From: Candidatus Uhrbacteria bacterium CG_4_10_14_3_um_filter_41_21
GTDB lineage: Bacteria > Patescibacteriota > Patescibacteriia > UBA9934
Reading direction: 5' to 3'
Assembly: GCA_002782865.1 (NCBI GenBank)
Contig: PFJC01000046.1
Coordinates: forward strand, 1-42,796
DNA: 42,796 bases
The notes below the pieces were generated by a model. It worked only from the letters and a program-made list of their open reading frames with translations. It was not told the origin of the DNA and did no database searches. Positions within the stretch are counted from its first letter, which is position 1; each line of letters opens with the position of its first letter. This document shows, in pieces, positions 1 through 9,447 of the stretch. A program made the position numbers and the translations under genes.

Positions 1-54
1 GGTTCATACCTTGTTGACAGCTTGCCTGTCTCAGGTAACACAATCCAGTTCTAA
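1..54 (+). CDS. 3' end of a gene starting before the window (..GSYLVDSLPVSGNTIQF*); possibly a large surface protein
   Basis: Open frame from base 1 to TAA at 52-54, followed by a strong terminator. Confidence 0.6.
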   Translation, partial: GSYLVDSLPVSGNTIQF

Positions 55-97
55 TCTAGCTTTAGCTTGATTTGAACAAAATGTCCTTCGGGACAAG

Positions 98-125
98 CAA
101 AACCCCCGCGAAAGCGGGGGTTTTG
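98..125 (+). terminator. Rho-independent terminator
   Basis: CAAAACCCCCGC-GAAA-GCGGGGGTTTTG, 12-bp perfect stem with GNRA loop; small UUCG hairpin at 82-95 just upstream. Confidence 0.85.
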
Positions 126-128
126 TGT

Positions 129-159
129 CAGACGGTGGTCACTTAGTGACCACCGTCTG
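129..159. repeat. REP-like palindrome, GTCAC-N3-GTGAC family, single copy (locus A)
   Basis: CAGACGGTGGTCACT-T-AGTGACCACCGTCTG, 15-bp perfect arms; 19-nt core identical to the RAYT flank at 5769-5787. Confidence 0.85.
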
Positions 160-160
160 C

Positions 161-189
161 TTGCAAACGGCTTGTATTTACGCTAAAAT
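161..189 (+). promoter_or_regulatory. sigma70-like promoter, near-leaderless for the TPR gene
   Basis: TTGCAA-17 nt-TAAAAT ending 8 nt before ATG 198. Confidence 0.6.
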
Positions 190-197
190 ATTCACAT

Positions 198-899
198 ATG
201 AAATTAGCAACTCTTACTTTTACTTTGGCAATTCTAGTAATAATTGTGGTAGCGGTTTACGGTATAGATAAAAAAACAAATCCGTATCGAGGACTTGTTA
301 CCAGTATAGAAGTTCAATCAGACGAGGAAACGGTTAATTTGTTACAGACGGAATTAGCTACTTGGTTGGCAGCAATAAACGCCAGTGAGTCTGTGGGTGA
401 AAAGCCGGATCTTAACTTATTTGGTTTAGCTGCGACAAATGCCTACTATCTCGGTGATTTAGTTCAGGCCAGAGAACTGTACGAAAAATATTTCGAATAT
501 CACAGTATCAACCCGGTTGCTTGGAATAATTATGGAAATATTCTAAAGAAAATGGAAGATTACGAAACTGCAGAGGCAGCATATTTGAAAGCCTTAGAAC
601 TTGATCCTCAATTTGAAGAGTATTACCGAGATGTTATCGATTTATATCAAGATGTTTGGCCAGAGGAAAAAAATGATAGAATTTTTGAATTACTTGAAGC
701 CAATGTTGAAATAAATGGTCAGAGTCAATGGAATATGGTTTCTCTAGCTAAGTGGTACATTAGAAATAATGATTGTGAGCGAGCAGTTGATTATTATAAA
801 ATTGCTTTGGCTATCTCGATGAATGCAACTGAGTCTCAAGATATTATTGACAACTTGAAAGCGGATATTGAATCAACTAAAACTGCTTGTACAGAATAA
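198..899 (+). CDS. Membrane-anchored tetratricopeptide repeat protein
   Basis: N-terminal hydrophobic helix; TPR-like segments (AWNNYGNILKKMEDYETAEAAYLKALELDP). Confidence 0.85.
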   Translation: MKLATLTFTLAILVIIVVAVYGIDKKTNPYRGLVTSIEVQSDEETVNLLQTELATWLAAINASESVGEKPDLNLFGLAATNAYYLGDLVQARELYEKYFEYHSINPVAWNNYGNILKKMEDYETAEAAYLKALELDPQFEEYYRDVIDLYQDVWPEEKNDRIFELLEANVEINGQSQWNMVSLAKWYIRNNDCERAVDYYKIALAISMNATESQDIIDNLKADIESTKTACTE

Positions 900-903
900 T
901 CAA

Positions 904-2499
904 ATGCGGAGGAATAAAAAAATATTTATAAAAACAATAGCGGTATTGGTGCTTGTTTCAATGCCGACTTTTGTTTTTGCGGAAGTGCCAAACGACGCGT
1001 TTTACGATCAGCAATGGTATCTGGAGCAAATAGGTGCGCCCAATGCTTGGGACACGCAGACAGGTTCAAATGAAATTATAATTGCAGTTTTAGATACCGG
1101 TGTTGATTTAGACCACCCTGATTTGGTTAATAATCTTTGGAAAAATACTGGAGAAATTTCTCGAAACTCTATTGACGATGATAGTAATGGTTATGTTGAT
1201 GATATTTTTGGCTGGGACTTTATTAATGATGATAATTCACCAACACCGGATACGGGTCTCGAAGCATCAAGCGAAGCAGTTAATCATGGTTCATTAATCG
1301 CTGGTATTGTTGGTGCCGGTGGTGATAATAAGATTGGTGTTTCCGGAATTAATTGGAACATTAGTATCATGTCAGTCAGGATTTTGGATGCTGTCGGCTC
1401 AGGAGATGCAAATACGGTAGCACAAGCGGTTTACTATGCGGTCGACAACGGAGCGGATGTAATTAACATGAGTTTTACTGGAAATGTCAATGATCCAATT
1501 TTACGCAATGCTGTAAAATTCGCTTACGAACAAGGCGTGGTGATTGTGTCAGCTCTTGGTAATGAAGGCGAAGATGTTGATAATTATCCAGTCTTTCCAG
1601 CCTGCTACAAATCAAGTGATGGCAACGATGATTGGGTAATAGGCGTGGCCTCGCTTGGAAAAAGTGACAAGCGTTCAGTTTTTTCAAATTACGGTTCAAC
1701 TTGTACTGATTTATCGGCGCCGGGAGAAGATATATATGGCGTTAGTTATTTTAATCCATCGGATGGGTATGATGATAAATATGTCGGTGGTTGGTCTGGT
1801 ACATCCATGGCCTCACCAATGGTAGCGGGTGCTGCCGGTATTTTACTTTCGCAGTATCCAAATCTCACTCCAACTCAAGTAAGAAACGCTTTAAAATTAT
1901 CAGTTGACCCGGTTAGCCTAGATTCTGAATACACAGGTGAGTTCGGAGCGGGGAGATTGAATATTTCCCAAGCCCTTACAATAGCAAGAAATTTTGTTGA
2001 TCAAACTACAGAAACTGACAATCCAGATGTAGGTGATAATTCTAGCACTACATCAGATTTAGAATATTCAGTTAAGGCGCCATCGTTTGCAAGTGTTTAT
2101 TATGTAACCGGTGAAGGTCGACGAGCTTTTATAAGTAGTGCCGCATACTTTACTTGGTTTGATAGTTTTGAGGAGATAGCCAATGTTCAAGACCAAGATT
2201 TAAGCGCCTGGAGCCTTTCGGGATTGATGTTACCTAAGGCCGGGGTAGTGCTGGTTAAGATTCAAAGCGATCCTCAGGTTTACGCTTTGGCGGAAAACTC
2301 AAGTGACGAGTTTTCACCACTCTTGCGCGCCATTCCAGACGAACAGACGGCAATCGCTCTTTACGGCAACGACTGGGCTGACTATGTAATTGACATTGAG
2401 CCAACTTTTTTTGCTAAATTTAGCCAAGGAGAGCCAATGAGCTCGTCAGAGACGGTAGATAAGTCTATAATGAAGAGACGAGAAGATTTAACAAATTAG
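904..2499 (+). CDS. Secreted S8 (subtilisin-like) serine peptidase with C-terminal accessory domain
   Basis: Signal peptide from M904; catalytic motifs LDTG, NHGS, GTSMA; DDDSNGYVDD loop. Confidence 0.93.
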   Translation: MRRNKKIFIKTIAVLVLVSMPTFVFAEVPNDAFYDQQWYLEQIGAPNAWDTQTGSNEIIIAVLDTGVDLDHPDLVNNLWKNTGEISRNSIDDDSNGYVDDIFGWDFINDDNSPTPDTGLEASSEAVNHGSLIAGIVGAGGDNKIGVSGINWNISIMSVRILDAVGSGDANTVAQAVYYAVDNGADVINMSFTGNVNDPILRNAVKFAYEQGVVIVSALGNEGEDVDNYPVFPACYKSSDGNDDWVIGVASLGKSDKRSVFSNYGSTCTDLSAPGEDIYGVSYFNPSDGYDDKYVGGWSGTSMASPMVAGAAGILLSQYPNLTPTQVRNALKLSVDPVSLDSEYTGEFGAGRLNISQALTIARNFVDQTTETDNPDVGDNSSTTSDLEYSVKAPSFASVYYVTGEGRRAFISSAAYFTWFDSFEEIANVQDQDLSAWSLSGLMLPKAGVVLVKIQSDPQVYALAENSSDEFSPLLRAIPDEQTAIALYGNDWADYVIDIEPTFFAKFSQGEPMSSSETVDKSIMKRREDLTN

Positions 2500-2609
2500 A
2501 AATATGAAATCAGAAATTCTAAACAAATCAGAAATTATAAATTTGAAATTTAATTTGTTATTTCGGAGTTAGTAATTGTTTCGGATTTCTTATTTAAGAT
2601 TTAGTATTT
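2500..2609. repeat. Intergenic inverted heptamer array (GAAATNN / NNATTTC type)
   Basis: A-rich 7-mers (gaaatat gaaatca gaaattc) followed by complementary T-rich 7-mers (atttcgg, atttctt, atttagt); similar to 39095-39206. Confidence 0.7.
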
Positions 2610-2617
2610 ATAAAATT

Positions 2618-3625
2618 ATGCCAAGTGAGAAAAAAATTGTTTTAGTCACCGGCGGCGCCGGTTTTATTGGATCGTTTTTATGCGAGTCATTGTTAAAAGC
2701 TGGTAACAGAGTAATTTGTATTGATGATTTTAGTACAAGTAATGTTCGTAACATTGACCCATACCTGCGCAATCCTGATTTTCAATTTTTAAAAATTGAT
2801 ATTAACGAACCGTTTGATTTGGAATCCTTCCCGGAACTCGAACCATTCAAAATCAAATTTGTTGGAATCAATGAAATTTATCATTTAGCTACTCCAACAT
2901 CAATTAAAAACTTTGATAAATTAAAATATAAAACTCTTTTAACAAATTCGGTCGGTACGAGAAATGTTTTAGATATTGCTGTTAAATATAAATCAAAAAT
3001 TCTTTTAACATCTAGCTCTGTAGTTTATGGCAATAGAACTGATGGTGTCGAAGCTTTTGCAGAGGATCACAAAGGAATAGTTGACCACTTGACTCCGCGC
3101 TCTTGCTATGATGAAGGTAAGCGATATGCCGAAACAATGTTTGAAACATACAGTCAGGTTTTTGGACTTGATACAAAAATTGTCAGAATTTTTAGAACTT
3201 ACGGTCCACGGATGCCACTTTTTGACGGACATCAAGTTCCTGATTTTATCCTTCATGCTCTTAATAACGAAGAATTAACATTAAATGGCAAGGCGGATTT
3301 TAGAACATCAATGGTTTATGTGACCGATATTGTCGACGGCCTTGAGAAGGTAATGGCAGCCAAAAAAGGAATTGGACCAATCAATCTAGGAAGTAACGAA
3401 GACTTGAAACTTTTGGATATTGCGGGCAAGATAATCGAAATGACAGGATCAACATCAAAAGTAGTTACCGGTGAAGAGTTACCATTTTTGACTGAGCTCG
3501 GGTTGCCAGATGTCACCAAAGCTAAAGAACAGTTGGGTTGGATGCCTGTTGTCAGACTTAATGACGGTTTAAGAAAAACAATCGATTACATTCAGGCAAA
3601 TAAGATATTATTAATAGGGGAATGA
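2618..3625 (+). CDS. NAD-dependent epimerase/dehydratase, UDP-glucuronate decarboxylase-like
   Basis: VTGGAGFIGS, SSSVVYG, RSCYDEGKR (YxxxK), RIFRTYGPRM; start moved to ATG 2618. Confidence 0.85.
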   Translation: MPSEKKIVLVTGGAGFIGSFLCESLLKAGNRVICIDDFSTSNVRNIDPYLRNPDFQFLKIDINEPFDLESFPELEPFKIKFVGINEIYHLATPTSIKNFDKLKYKTLLTNSVGTRNVLDIAVKYKSKILLTSSSVVYGNRTDGVEAFAEDHKGIVDHLTPRSCYDEGKRYAETMFETYSQVFGLDTKIVRIFRTYGPRMPLFDGHQVPDFILHALNNEELTLNGKADFRTSMVYVTDIVDGLEKVMAAKKGIGPINLGSNEDLKLLDIAGKIIEMTGSTSKVVTGEELPFLTELGLPDVTKAKEQLGWMPVVRLNDGLRKTIDYIQANKILLIGE

Positions 3626-3654
3626 AGTGATTAGTGGCTAGATATAATTCAAAT

Positions 3655-4323
3655 ATGATTGTTGCGATTATTCCCGCCTACAATGAACAAGGGAGAGTCA
3701 GAGTTGCGATCAAAGACGCAGCGCGGTTTGTTGATCGCGTTGTTGTAGTTGATGATCATTCCACTGATAATACTTTGTCTGAAGCTAAAGACGCCGGAGC
3801 GATTGTTTTGCATCATGTTATTAATCGCGGTCAAGGTGCGGCTTTGCAAACGGGCACAGATTACGCCTTAAATATTTTAGACGCAGAAATAATTATACAT
3901 TTTGATGCTGATGGGCAAATGGACGCGGAGGAAATTCCAATGTTGATTGAACCAATTCTAAATGATGAGTCAGATATTGTTTTGGGATCGCGGTTTTTAA
4001 ATAAAAAAGCAAATATACCATTATTTCGTTGGTTGATTTTAAAGGGAGGAATCATTTTTACAAGATTAGTTTCCGGAATAAAAGTAACAGATACGCACAA
4101 TGGATTCAGAGTTCTGTCGCGCAAGGCTGCGTCTGAAATTAAAATTACACTTGATCGCATGGCACACGCTTCGGAAATTCTTGATTTAATCAAAGAAAGA
4201 GAACTGAGATATGTTGAAAAAGCGGTAACGATAAAGTATTCAGAAGAGACCTTGCTAAAAGGACAATCATCGATCGGAGCAATAGCAATTGTTAAAGATG
4301 TTATTAAAAGTAAGTTTTTATGA
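3655..4323 (+). CDS. GT2 glycosyltransferase (polyprenol-phosphate sugar synthase-like)
   Basis: IIPAYNE, VVDDHSTD, NRGQGAA, FDADGQ, GSRF, DTHNGFR; TATAAT just upstream of ATG 3655. Confidence 0.9.
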   Translation: MIVAIIPAYNEQGRVRVAIKDAARFVDRVVVVDDHSTDNTLSEAKDAGAIVLHHVINRGQGAALQTGTDYALNILDAEIIIHFDADGQMDAEEIPMLIEPILNDESDIVLGSRFLNKKANIPLFRWLILKGGIIFTRLVSGIKVTDTHNGFRVLSRKAASEIKITLDRMAHASEILDLIKERELRYVEKAVTIKYSEETLLKGQSSIGAIAIVKDVIKSKFL

Positions 4324-4655
4324 TTTTTCAAATTGCCTTAATTGCCTTTTCATTATTTGGTATTTTGCATGTTTCTAGGCAGTACAGAAGTCAGAAGGTT
4401 AGCGTGTATTGGTTTTTAATCTGGTTTGTATTTTGGTTGATCGTTATTGCGGTTGCACTTTTTCCAGAGGCAACAGACATTATTGCGGATTATGTTGGTG
4501 TAGAAAAGGGAGCGGACTTAATCGCCTATATTGCGATTGTCGTGCTTTCCTACTCGATGTACCGAGTTTTAGTGAGGCTGGAAAGAATGCGTCAAGAGAT
4601 GACGGACTTAACTAGAAAGATAGCAATAGAAAAAGAAAAAAATAATGAAACCTAA
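4320..4655 (+). CDS. DUF2304-like small membrane protein
   Basis: About 3 TM helices, 'IADYVGVEKGADL' motif and coiled tail; coupled to the GT2 by an ATGA overlap. Confidence 0.75.
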   Translation: MIFQIALIAFSLFGILHVSRQYRSQKVSVYWFLIWFVFWLIVIAVALFPEATDIIADYVGVEKGADLIAYIAIVVLSYSMYRVLVRLERMRQEMTDLTRKIAIEKEKNNET

Positions 4656-5721
4656 AGTTGCAATAATTTATCTTCCATACAATAACCTCCGTTATATTCC
4701 GGAGGTTGCTGATTCATGGGTTGTTCAAGATTATCCGGCTGATAGGATAGCAATTTTAATAATTCCAAACGGAAGTAGCGATGGTTCTCAAGATTTTGTA
4801 AAAGATAATATTTTGCCAAGACAGGAAGTTGATTTGCCAGAAGTTATAATGATTGATGACGGAATAAATCATGGCTTTGCCGGTGGGAATAATTTGGGAA
4901 TTAAATGGGCATTGGAAAATGGTTTTGATTATGTTTTTTTAAATAATGGAGATTTAAAATTACATCCAAATACAATTTCAGAATTAGTAGAAGTAATGGA
5001 ATCAGATAAAAGCATTGGCTCGTCTCAGTCGCAGATTATGCTTTGGAATAATGAAAACACGGTAAACACAACCGGAGGAGTAATCCATGTAGCTGGTTAT
5101 GGTTATGCGCGTGACAACGGTAAGAATATTTTAGATATTAAAGTGCAAGATAAAGAAGAAATAGCTTACTGCTCGGGCGCGGCTGTTATTTATAGTTTGG
5201 CCGCGCTTAAAAAAGTTGGATTTTTGGAAAAAGGTTTTTTCATGTATCACGAGGATTTAGAGCTTGGACTGAGATTACGATTCGCGGGATATAAAAATGT
5301 ATTATCCATAAAATCTTTAGCTTTTCACGATTATAAGTTTGGAAAAAACTCGAAAATGTTTCAGTGGATTGAAACCTATCGTTATGTAGTTCTTTTGTCG
5401 TATATGAGGTTTAGGACTCTAGTTCTACTTTTTCCGCTTTTGCTGATGATTGAAATTGGTGTTTGGCTTATGGCTTTAAAGGGTGGTTGGCTCAAGGCAA
5501 AGTTTAAGGCATTAATCTCTTTTTGGTCACCAAAAAATTTAAGGTTAATAAAAAAAATGCGGAGGCGAGCACAACACCTAAGGGTTATTAAAGATAAGGA
5601 TTGGTTAAGGTTTGTGTCTGGTAGAGTTGAAGATCAAGGTAAAGAGTTACAACTGATGAATATTATCAATGATGTTATTGAGGGCATTTGGCAATTAGCG
5701 AAAAGGAATATTGATTGGTAG
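4645..5721 (+). CDS. GT2 glycosyltransferase (rhamnosyltransferase-like)
   Basis: NGSSDGS, NHGFAGGNN, FLNNGD, FFMYHEDLEL. Confidence 0.88.
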   Translation: MKPKVAIIYLPYNNLRYIPEVADSWVVQDYPADRIAILIIPNGSSDGSQDFVKDNILPRQEVDLPEVIMIDDGINHGFAGGNNLGIKWALENGFDYVFLNNGDLKLHPNTISELVEVMESDKSIGSSQSQIMLWNNENTVNTTGGVIHVAGYGYARDNGKNILDIKVQDKEEIAYCSGAAVIYSLAALKKVGFLEKGFFMYHEDLELGLRLRFAGYKNVLSIKSLAFHDYKFGKNSKMFQWIETYRYVVLLSYMRFRTLVLLFPLLLMIEIGVWLMALKGGWLKAKFKALISFWSPKNLRLIKKMRRRAQHLRVIKDKDWLRFVSGRVEDQGKELQLMNIINDVIEGIWQLAKRNIDW

Positions 5722-5765
5722 TCAGCGTGTTATCCAGTGATCGTTAACATTATTGGATGGATCAG

Positions 5766-5810
5766 AATGTGGTCACTTAGTGACCACATTGGTAACTAAG
5801 TGACCACATT
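5766..5810. repeat. 45-nt REP doublet immediately 5' of the RAYT (locus B)
   Basis: AATGTGGTCACTTAGTGACCA-CAT-TGGTAACTAAGTGACCACATT; 21-bp arms with 1 mismatch, each arm itself palindromic; abuts ATG 5811. Confidence 0.9.
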
Positions 5811-6509
5811 ATGAGGAATATTGAGTTTATCACAAATGAATATTATCATGTATTCAATCGCGGAGTAGATCGGCGCGCTATATTTTTAGACGATCAGGAT
5901 TTATTTAGATTTTATAAGATGATGTACTTATTTAATGATGTGAATTATGAGAATCGTAGGGGTGATGAAGAAATAAATACTTTACTTCTGGCAAATTCTA
6001 ATGTTGATATAGTTTATAAAGATAAACTCATTCGCATATTGGGTTTCTGTCTGCGTCAAAACCATTTTCATTTGTTCGTTGAACAGTTAGTTGATGATGG
6101 AATTTCGAAATTTATGCATAAAATAGGATCTGTTTATTCAAAGAAGTTTAATAAAAAAAATAACAGAAAAGGAACTTTATTTGAAGATACATTTGAAGCG
6201 AGACATATAGATCACGATTCTTATTTTAAACATATTCTGCGTTATATTCATTTAAATGTCCTAGATGAGGAAATGCCTGAATGGCGCCAGGGCAAGATTT
6301 GTGATTGGGAGAAAGCTTTAAATATTTTGAATTCTAATCAATGGTCAAGTCACTTGGCATATGTGGGTATAAAACAGCAATTACCAATCATTGATGAAGG
6401 GTTTATAAATGAATATTTTGAATCAGTGGATGATTACACGGCTTTTTTAAGGGAATGGGCACAAGCAACAGATACAACGTGGTCATTTAGTGACCAATGT
6501 GGTAACTAA
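5811..6509 (+). mobile_element. rayT: REP-associated tyrosine transposase (RAYT; IS200-like Y1 HUH endonuclease)
   Basis: YYHVFNRG, HUH motif NHFHL, RKGTLFE..F, catalytic Tyr in RYIHLN, WSS; flanked by palindromes; no tnpB nearby. Confidence 0.88.
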
Positions 6510-6520
6510 GTGACCACATT
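6476..6520. repeat. 45-nt REP doublet overlapping the RAYT stop codon (locus C)
   Basis: AACGTGGTCATTTAGTGACCA-ATG-TGGTAACTAAGTGACCACATT; arms differ from locus B at 2 positions and the loop is inverted; supplies TAA 6507-6509. Confidence 0.9.
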
Positions 6521-6524
6521 AAAT

Positions 6525-7601
6525 ATGAAAATTGCTCAAGTTACACCAATTTATCCGCCGGCCCCTGGAGGTATGGGGAAGGTGGCAGAGGATTACACAT
6601 TGGCTTTTCGCGCTGCCGGGCACGAAGTTGATGTTTTTTTTCCTGATAAATACCCTGGAATTTTTAAGCACGGCCATGCGGCGATTGTTCCAAGTTTTCT
6701 TTGGAAATTACGCAGTTATGATGTTATTCATCTACATTTTCCATTTTATGGCAGTGATCATTTTATAGCGCTAGCATCATTAATTTGGAAAACACCACTC
6801 GTGATTACCTATCACATGAAAAATCAAGGAAGTGGTTTTTTAAGATTTTTATTTTTGGTGCACAAGCTGTGGGAATGGTTTGTAATGTGGCGCGCTTCAG
6901 CGGTTTTGGTAAGCTCGCTTGATTACGCCCGTTCTGTAAAATTAAAACATAAGAATTTAATATCAATGCCATTTTGGATTGATACTGAAAAGTTTCATTC
7001 AGAAGGAAAGATAGAAAGTCGAAATAAACTTGGAATTTCAATTAATCAAATAGTTTTTTTATTTGTTGGTGCCTTGGATCAAGCTCATTATTTTAAAGGA
7101 GTTGATATTTTGCTTAATGCTTGTTCAAAATTACGACTTGATAATTCTTGGCAATTAATTATTGTAGGAGATGGAAATCTTAAAGTTAGGTTTGAGGATT
7201 TGGCACGAGCTAAAAATTTAGAAAAAAAAGTTTTGTTTACAGGCAAGGTGTCTGATAAAGATTTACCTGATTATTATCGCGCGGCCGACATCCATATTTT
7301 ACCTGCAATTGATCGTTCGGAAGCGTTTGGTTTGGTAACGCTAGAGGCAGCCGCATCTGGCAAGGCATCGGTTGTTAGTGATTTACCTGGAGTAAGAACT
7401 TTGGTTGAGCATCAAAAAACTGGTTTAGTAATTCCGGTTAATGACGCTCAGGCTCTAGTGGTGGCATTGACTTGGTTGGTACAGCATAAAGACAAAATTT
7501 CAGAATTTGGCCAAAATGCGCGAAAAATGGCTGTGGATAAGTATAGTAAACAAATTATTTTACAAAAGTTGCAGCAGATTTATAAAGGCGGTAAGGTTTA
7601 G
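6525..7601 (+). CDS. GT4 glycosyltransferase
   Basis: MKIAQVTPIYPP..GG, FVGALDQAHYFKG, SEAFGLVTLEA; start moved to ATG 6525. Confidence 0.92.
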   Translation: MKIAQVTPIYPPAPGGMGKVAEDYTLAFRAAGHEVDVFFPDKYPGIFKHGHAAIVPSFLWKLRSYDVIHLHFPFYGSDHFIALASLIWKTPLVITYHMKNQGSGFLRFLFLVHKLWEWFVMWRASAVLVSSLDYARSVKLKHKNLISMPFWIDTEKFHSEGKIESRNKLGISINQIVFLFVGALDQAHYFKGVDILLNACSKLRLDNSWQLIIVGDGNLKVRFEDLARAKNLEKKVLFTGKVSDKDLPDYYRAADIHILPAIDRSEAFGLVTLEAAASGKASVVSDLPGVRTLVEHQKTGLVIPVNDAQALVVALTWLVQHKDKISEFGQNARKMAVDKYSKQIILQKLQQIYKGGKV

Positions 7602-7606
7602 TTGAT

Positions 7607-8812
7607 ATGAAAATCGGAATTGTTACAAATCTTTACCCTCCATTCCAGCGCGGTGGTGCTGAATATGTTGTTGTTAGAACTGTTGAGGCATTACTTGATG
7701 CTGGCCATGAAGTATTTGTGATTACCGGAATGCCAAAAAATCCGGTTTCTGATCTTTCAACTTATGTTAGCACGCAGGAACGAGTTTATAGATTTCATCC
7801 AAGAAATATATATTTTATTTTACAGGATAACAGATATTGGTGGCCAGTTAGATTACTATGGCATATAATCGACGCATTTTGTACTTGTGGCGGAAATGAA
7901 GTAGGGCGAATTATTCAGTCAGAAAAACCAGATATAGTAATTACACATAATTTAAAAGGAATCGGAATTAGAATTCCTCAGTTTATTCAAAAAGAAAATA
8001 TTCCACATGTTCATGTAGCACATGATTTGCAATTAATTTATCCATCGGGTTTGCTTTTGGCTGGTGAAGAAAACATTACATTTTATACCAAACCATTTTA
8101 CGCAGTTTACAGAAAGGTTTGTAAATGGGCATTTGGAAAACCAGATTTAGTGATTTTTCCATCAAAGTTTTTGCAAGACGCTTATCAAAAGTATGGGTTT
8201 TTTAAGGATTCAAAAATAGAGATGATACCAAACCCAGCCCCAAAATTTGATTTGGTTGAAAAATCAGAACGCTCACAAGGATCTCTTCGATTATTGTTTG
8301 TTGGTCAGCTCGAAGATCATAAAGGAATCAAAATGCTACTATCGGCTTTTAGAAAATTTAATATTGATTCACAACTAATTATAGCTGGTGAAGGAACAGA
8401 GTTGCCTTACATTAAAAAACATATAAAAGATGATAAGCGCATAACTTATTTAGGTTATATTTCAGTGGAGCAACTTGTAAACTGCTTAGAAATTGCCGAT
8501 GCACTAGTAGTGCCTTCACTTTGTTATGAGAATTCACCAACAGTGATTTACGAGGCCTTGCAGGCAGGAATACCAGTGTTAGCAGCTGACATTGGTGGAG
8601 TAGGGGAACTAGTGGAAAATGGAAAGAATGGATTTTTGTTTAAGCCGGGCGATGAAAAAGATTTAATTGGGGCGATGAAACAAATGAATGATCAAAAAGA
8701 TCGTTTTGGAAAAATGCGCGAAGAAATCAAAAAATCCGTTGCTCCTTATAAGTTGGAGACTTATACGAATAGATTAATGGAAAAGTTGAAGGAAGTTATT
8801 GCTCAAAAATAG
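7607..8812 (+). CDS. GT4 glycosyltransferase
   Basis: YPPFQRGGAE, FVGQLEDHKG, ENSPTVIYEA. Confidence 0.92.
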   Translation: MKIGIVTNLYPPFQRGGAEYVVVRTVEALLDAGHEVFVITGMPKNPVSDLSTYVSTQERVYRFHPRNIYFILQDNRYWWPVRLLWHIIDAFCTCGGNEVGRIIQSEKPDIVITHNLKGIGIRIPQFIQKENIPHVHVAHDLQLIYPSGLLLAGEENITFYTKPFYAVYRKVCKWAFGKPDLVIFPSKFLQDAYQKYGFFKDSKIEMIPNPAPKFDLVEKSERSQGSLRLLFVGQLEDHKGIKMLLSAFRKFNIDSQLIIAGEGTELPYIKKHIKDDKRITYLGYISVEQLVNCLEIADALVVPSLCYENSPTVIYEALQAGIPVLAADIGGVGELVENGKNGFLFKPGDEKDLIGAMKQMNDQKDRFGKMREEIKKSVAPYKLETYTNRLMEKLKEVIAQK

Positions 8813-8814
8813 AT

Positions 8815-9431
8815 ATGAAGACATTAATTTTTGATTTTGATGGGACTATTGCGGATTCTTTTGGGATCTCTATTGAGGCTTATAATAAAGTAGCTCCAGA
8901 AATCTGATCTTTGCAGATACCAGATAATGATTTTGACTTGATCAGAAGTTTAGGTGCTAGCGAACTGATGAAAAGATATAAAGTTCGAAAAACACAGCTG
9001 TTTAAGTTAGCTTTAGCGTTCAGAACAGAACTCAAAGATGGGATCACAGATGCACAACCGCATAATGGTTTAAGTGATGTAATTCGTAAATTAAAAAGTT
9101 CCGGAGCCAGTTTAGGAATAATGACATCTAATTCAAAAGATAATGTAGAGAGGTTTTTAGAAGTTAACAATCTGACAAAAGAATTTGATTTTATTTATTC
9201 TGGAAAAAATGTTCTTGGTAAACATGCAGTTTTGAAAAAGATTTTAAAAAAAACACGGTTTGAAAAAAGAGGATGCGATTATCGGAGACGAGACTCGAGA
9301 TATTAGAGCGGCAAAAAAAGCTGATATTTCCAGCGTTGCTGTCACTTGGGGATTTAATAGTGTTGAAGCATTAAAAAAAATAGCCAGACTTTATAGCCGA
9401 TTCCTTTCAGGATTTATTGAATTTCAATTAG
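8815..9431 (+). pseudogene. HAD-family phosphatase (phosphoglycolate phosphatase-like) pseudogene
   Basis: MKTLIFDFDGTIADS, then in-frame TGA 8905-8907; GIMTSN; frameshift in an A-run near 9250 before IGDETRD and VTWGFN; second shift before PDFIAD. Confidence 0.85.
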
Positions 9432-9447
9432 AAATAGCAAAACTCGT

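Noticed and set aside
5766-5810. Repeated 20-mers as a mini CRISPR array
   Set aside because: No unique spacers, units are inverted and adjacent, and no cas genes are present
5811-6509. Ordinary IS200/IS605 element
   Set aside because: The protein is longer with RAYT-type motifs, there is no tnpB, and the flanking palindromes recur far from the gene
8905-8907. In-frame TGA in the HAD gene as a sign of code 25 (TGA=Gly) or readthrough
   Set aside because: TGA ends intact genes here (3625, 4323, 15663, 16499) and the same gene also has frameshifts, so it is a pseudogene
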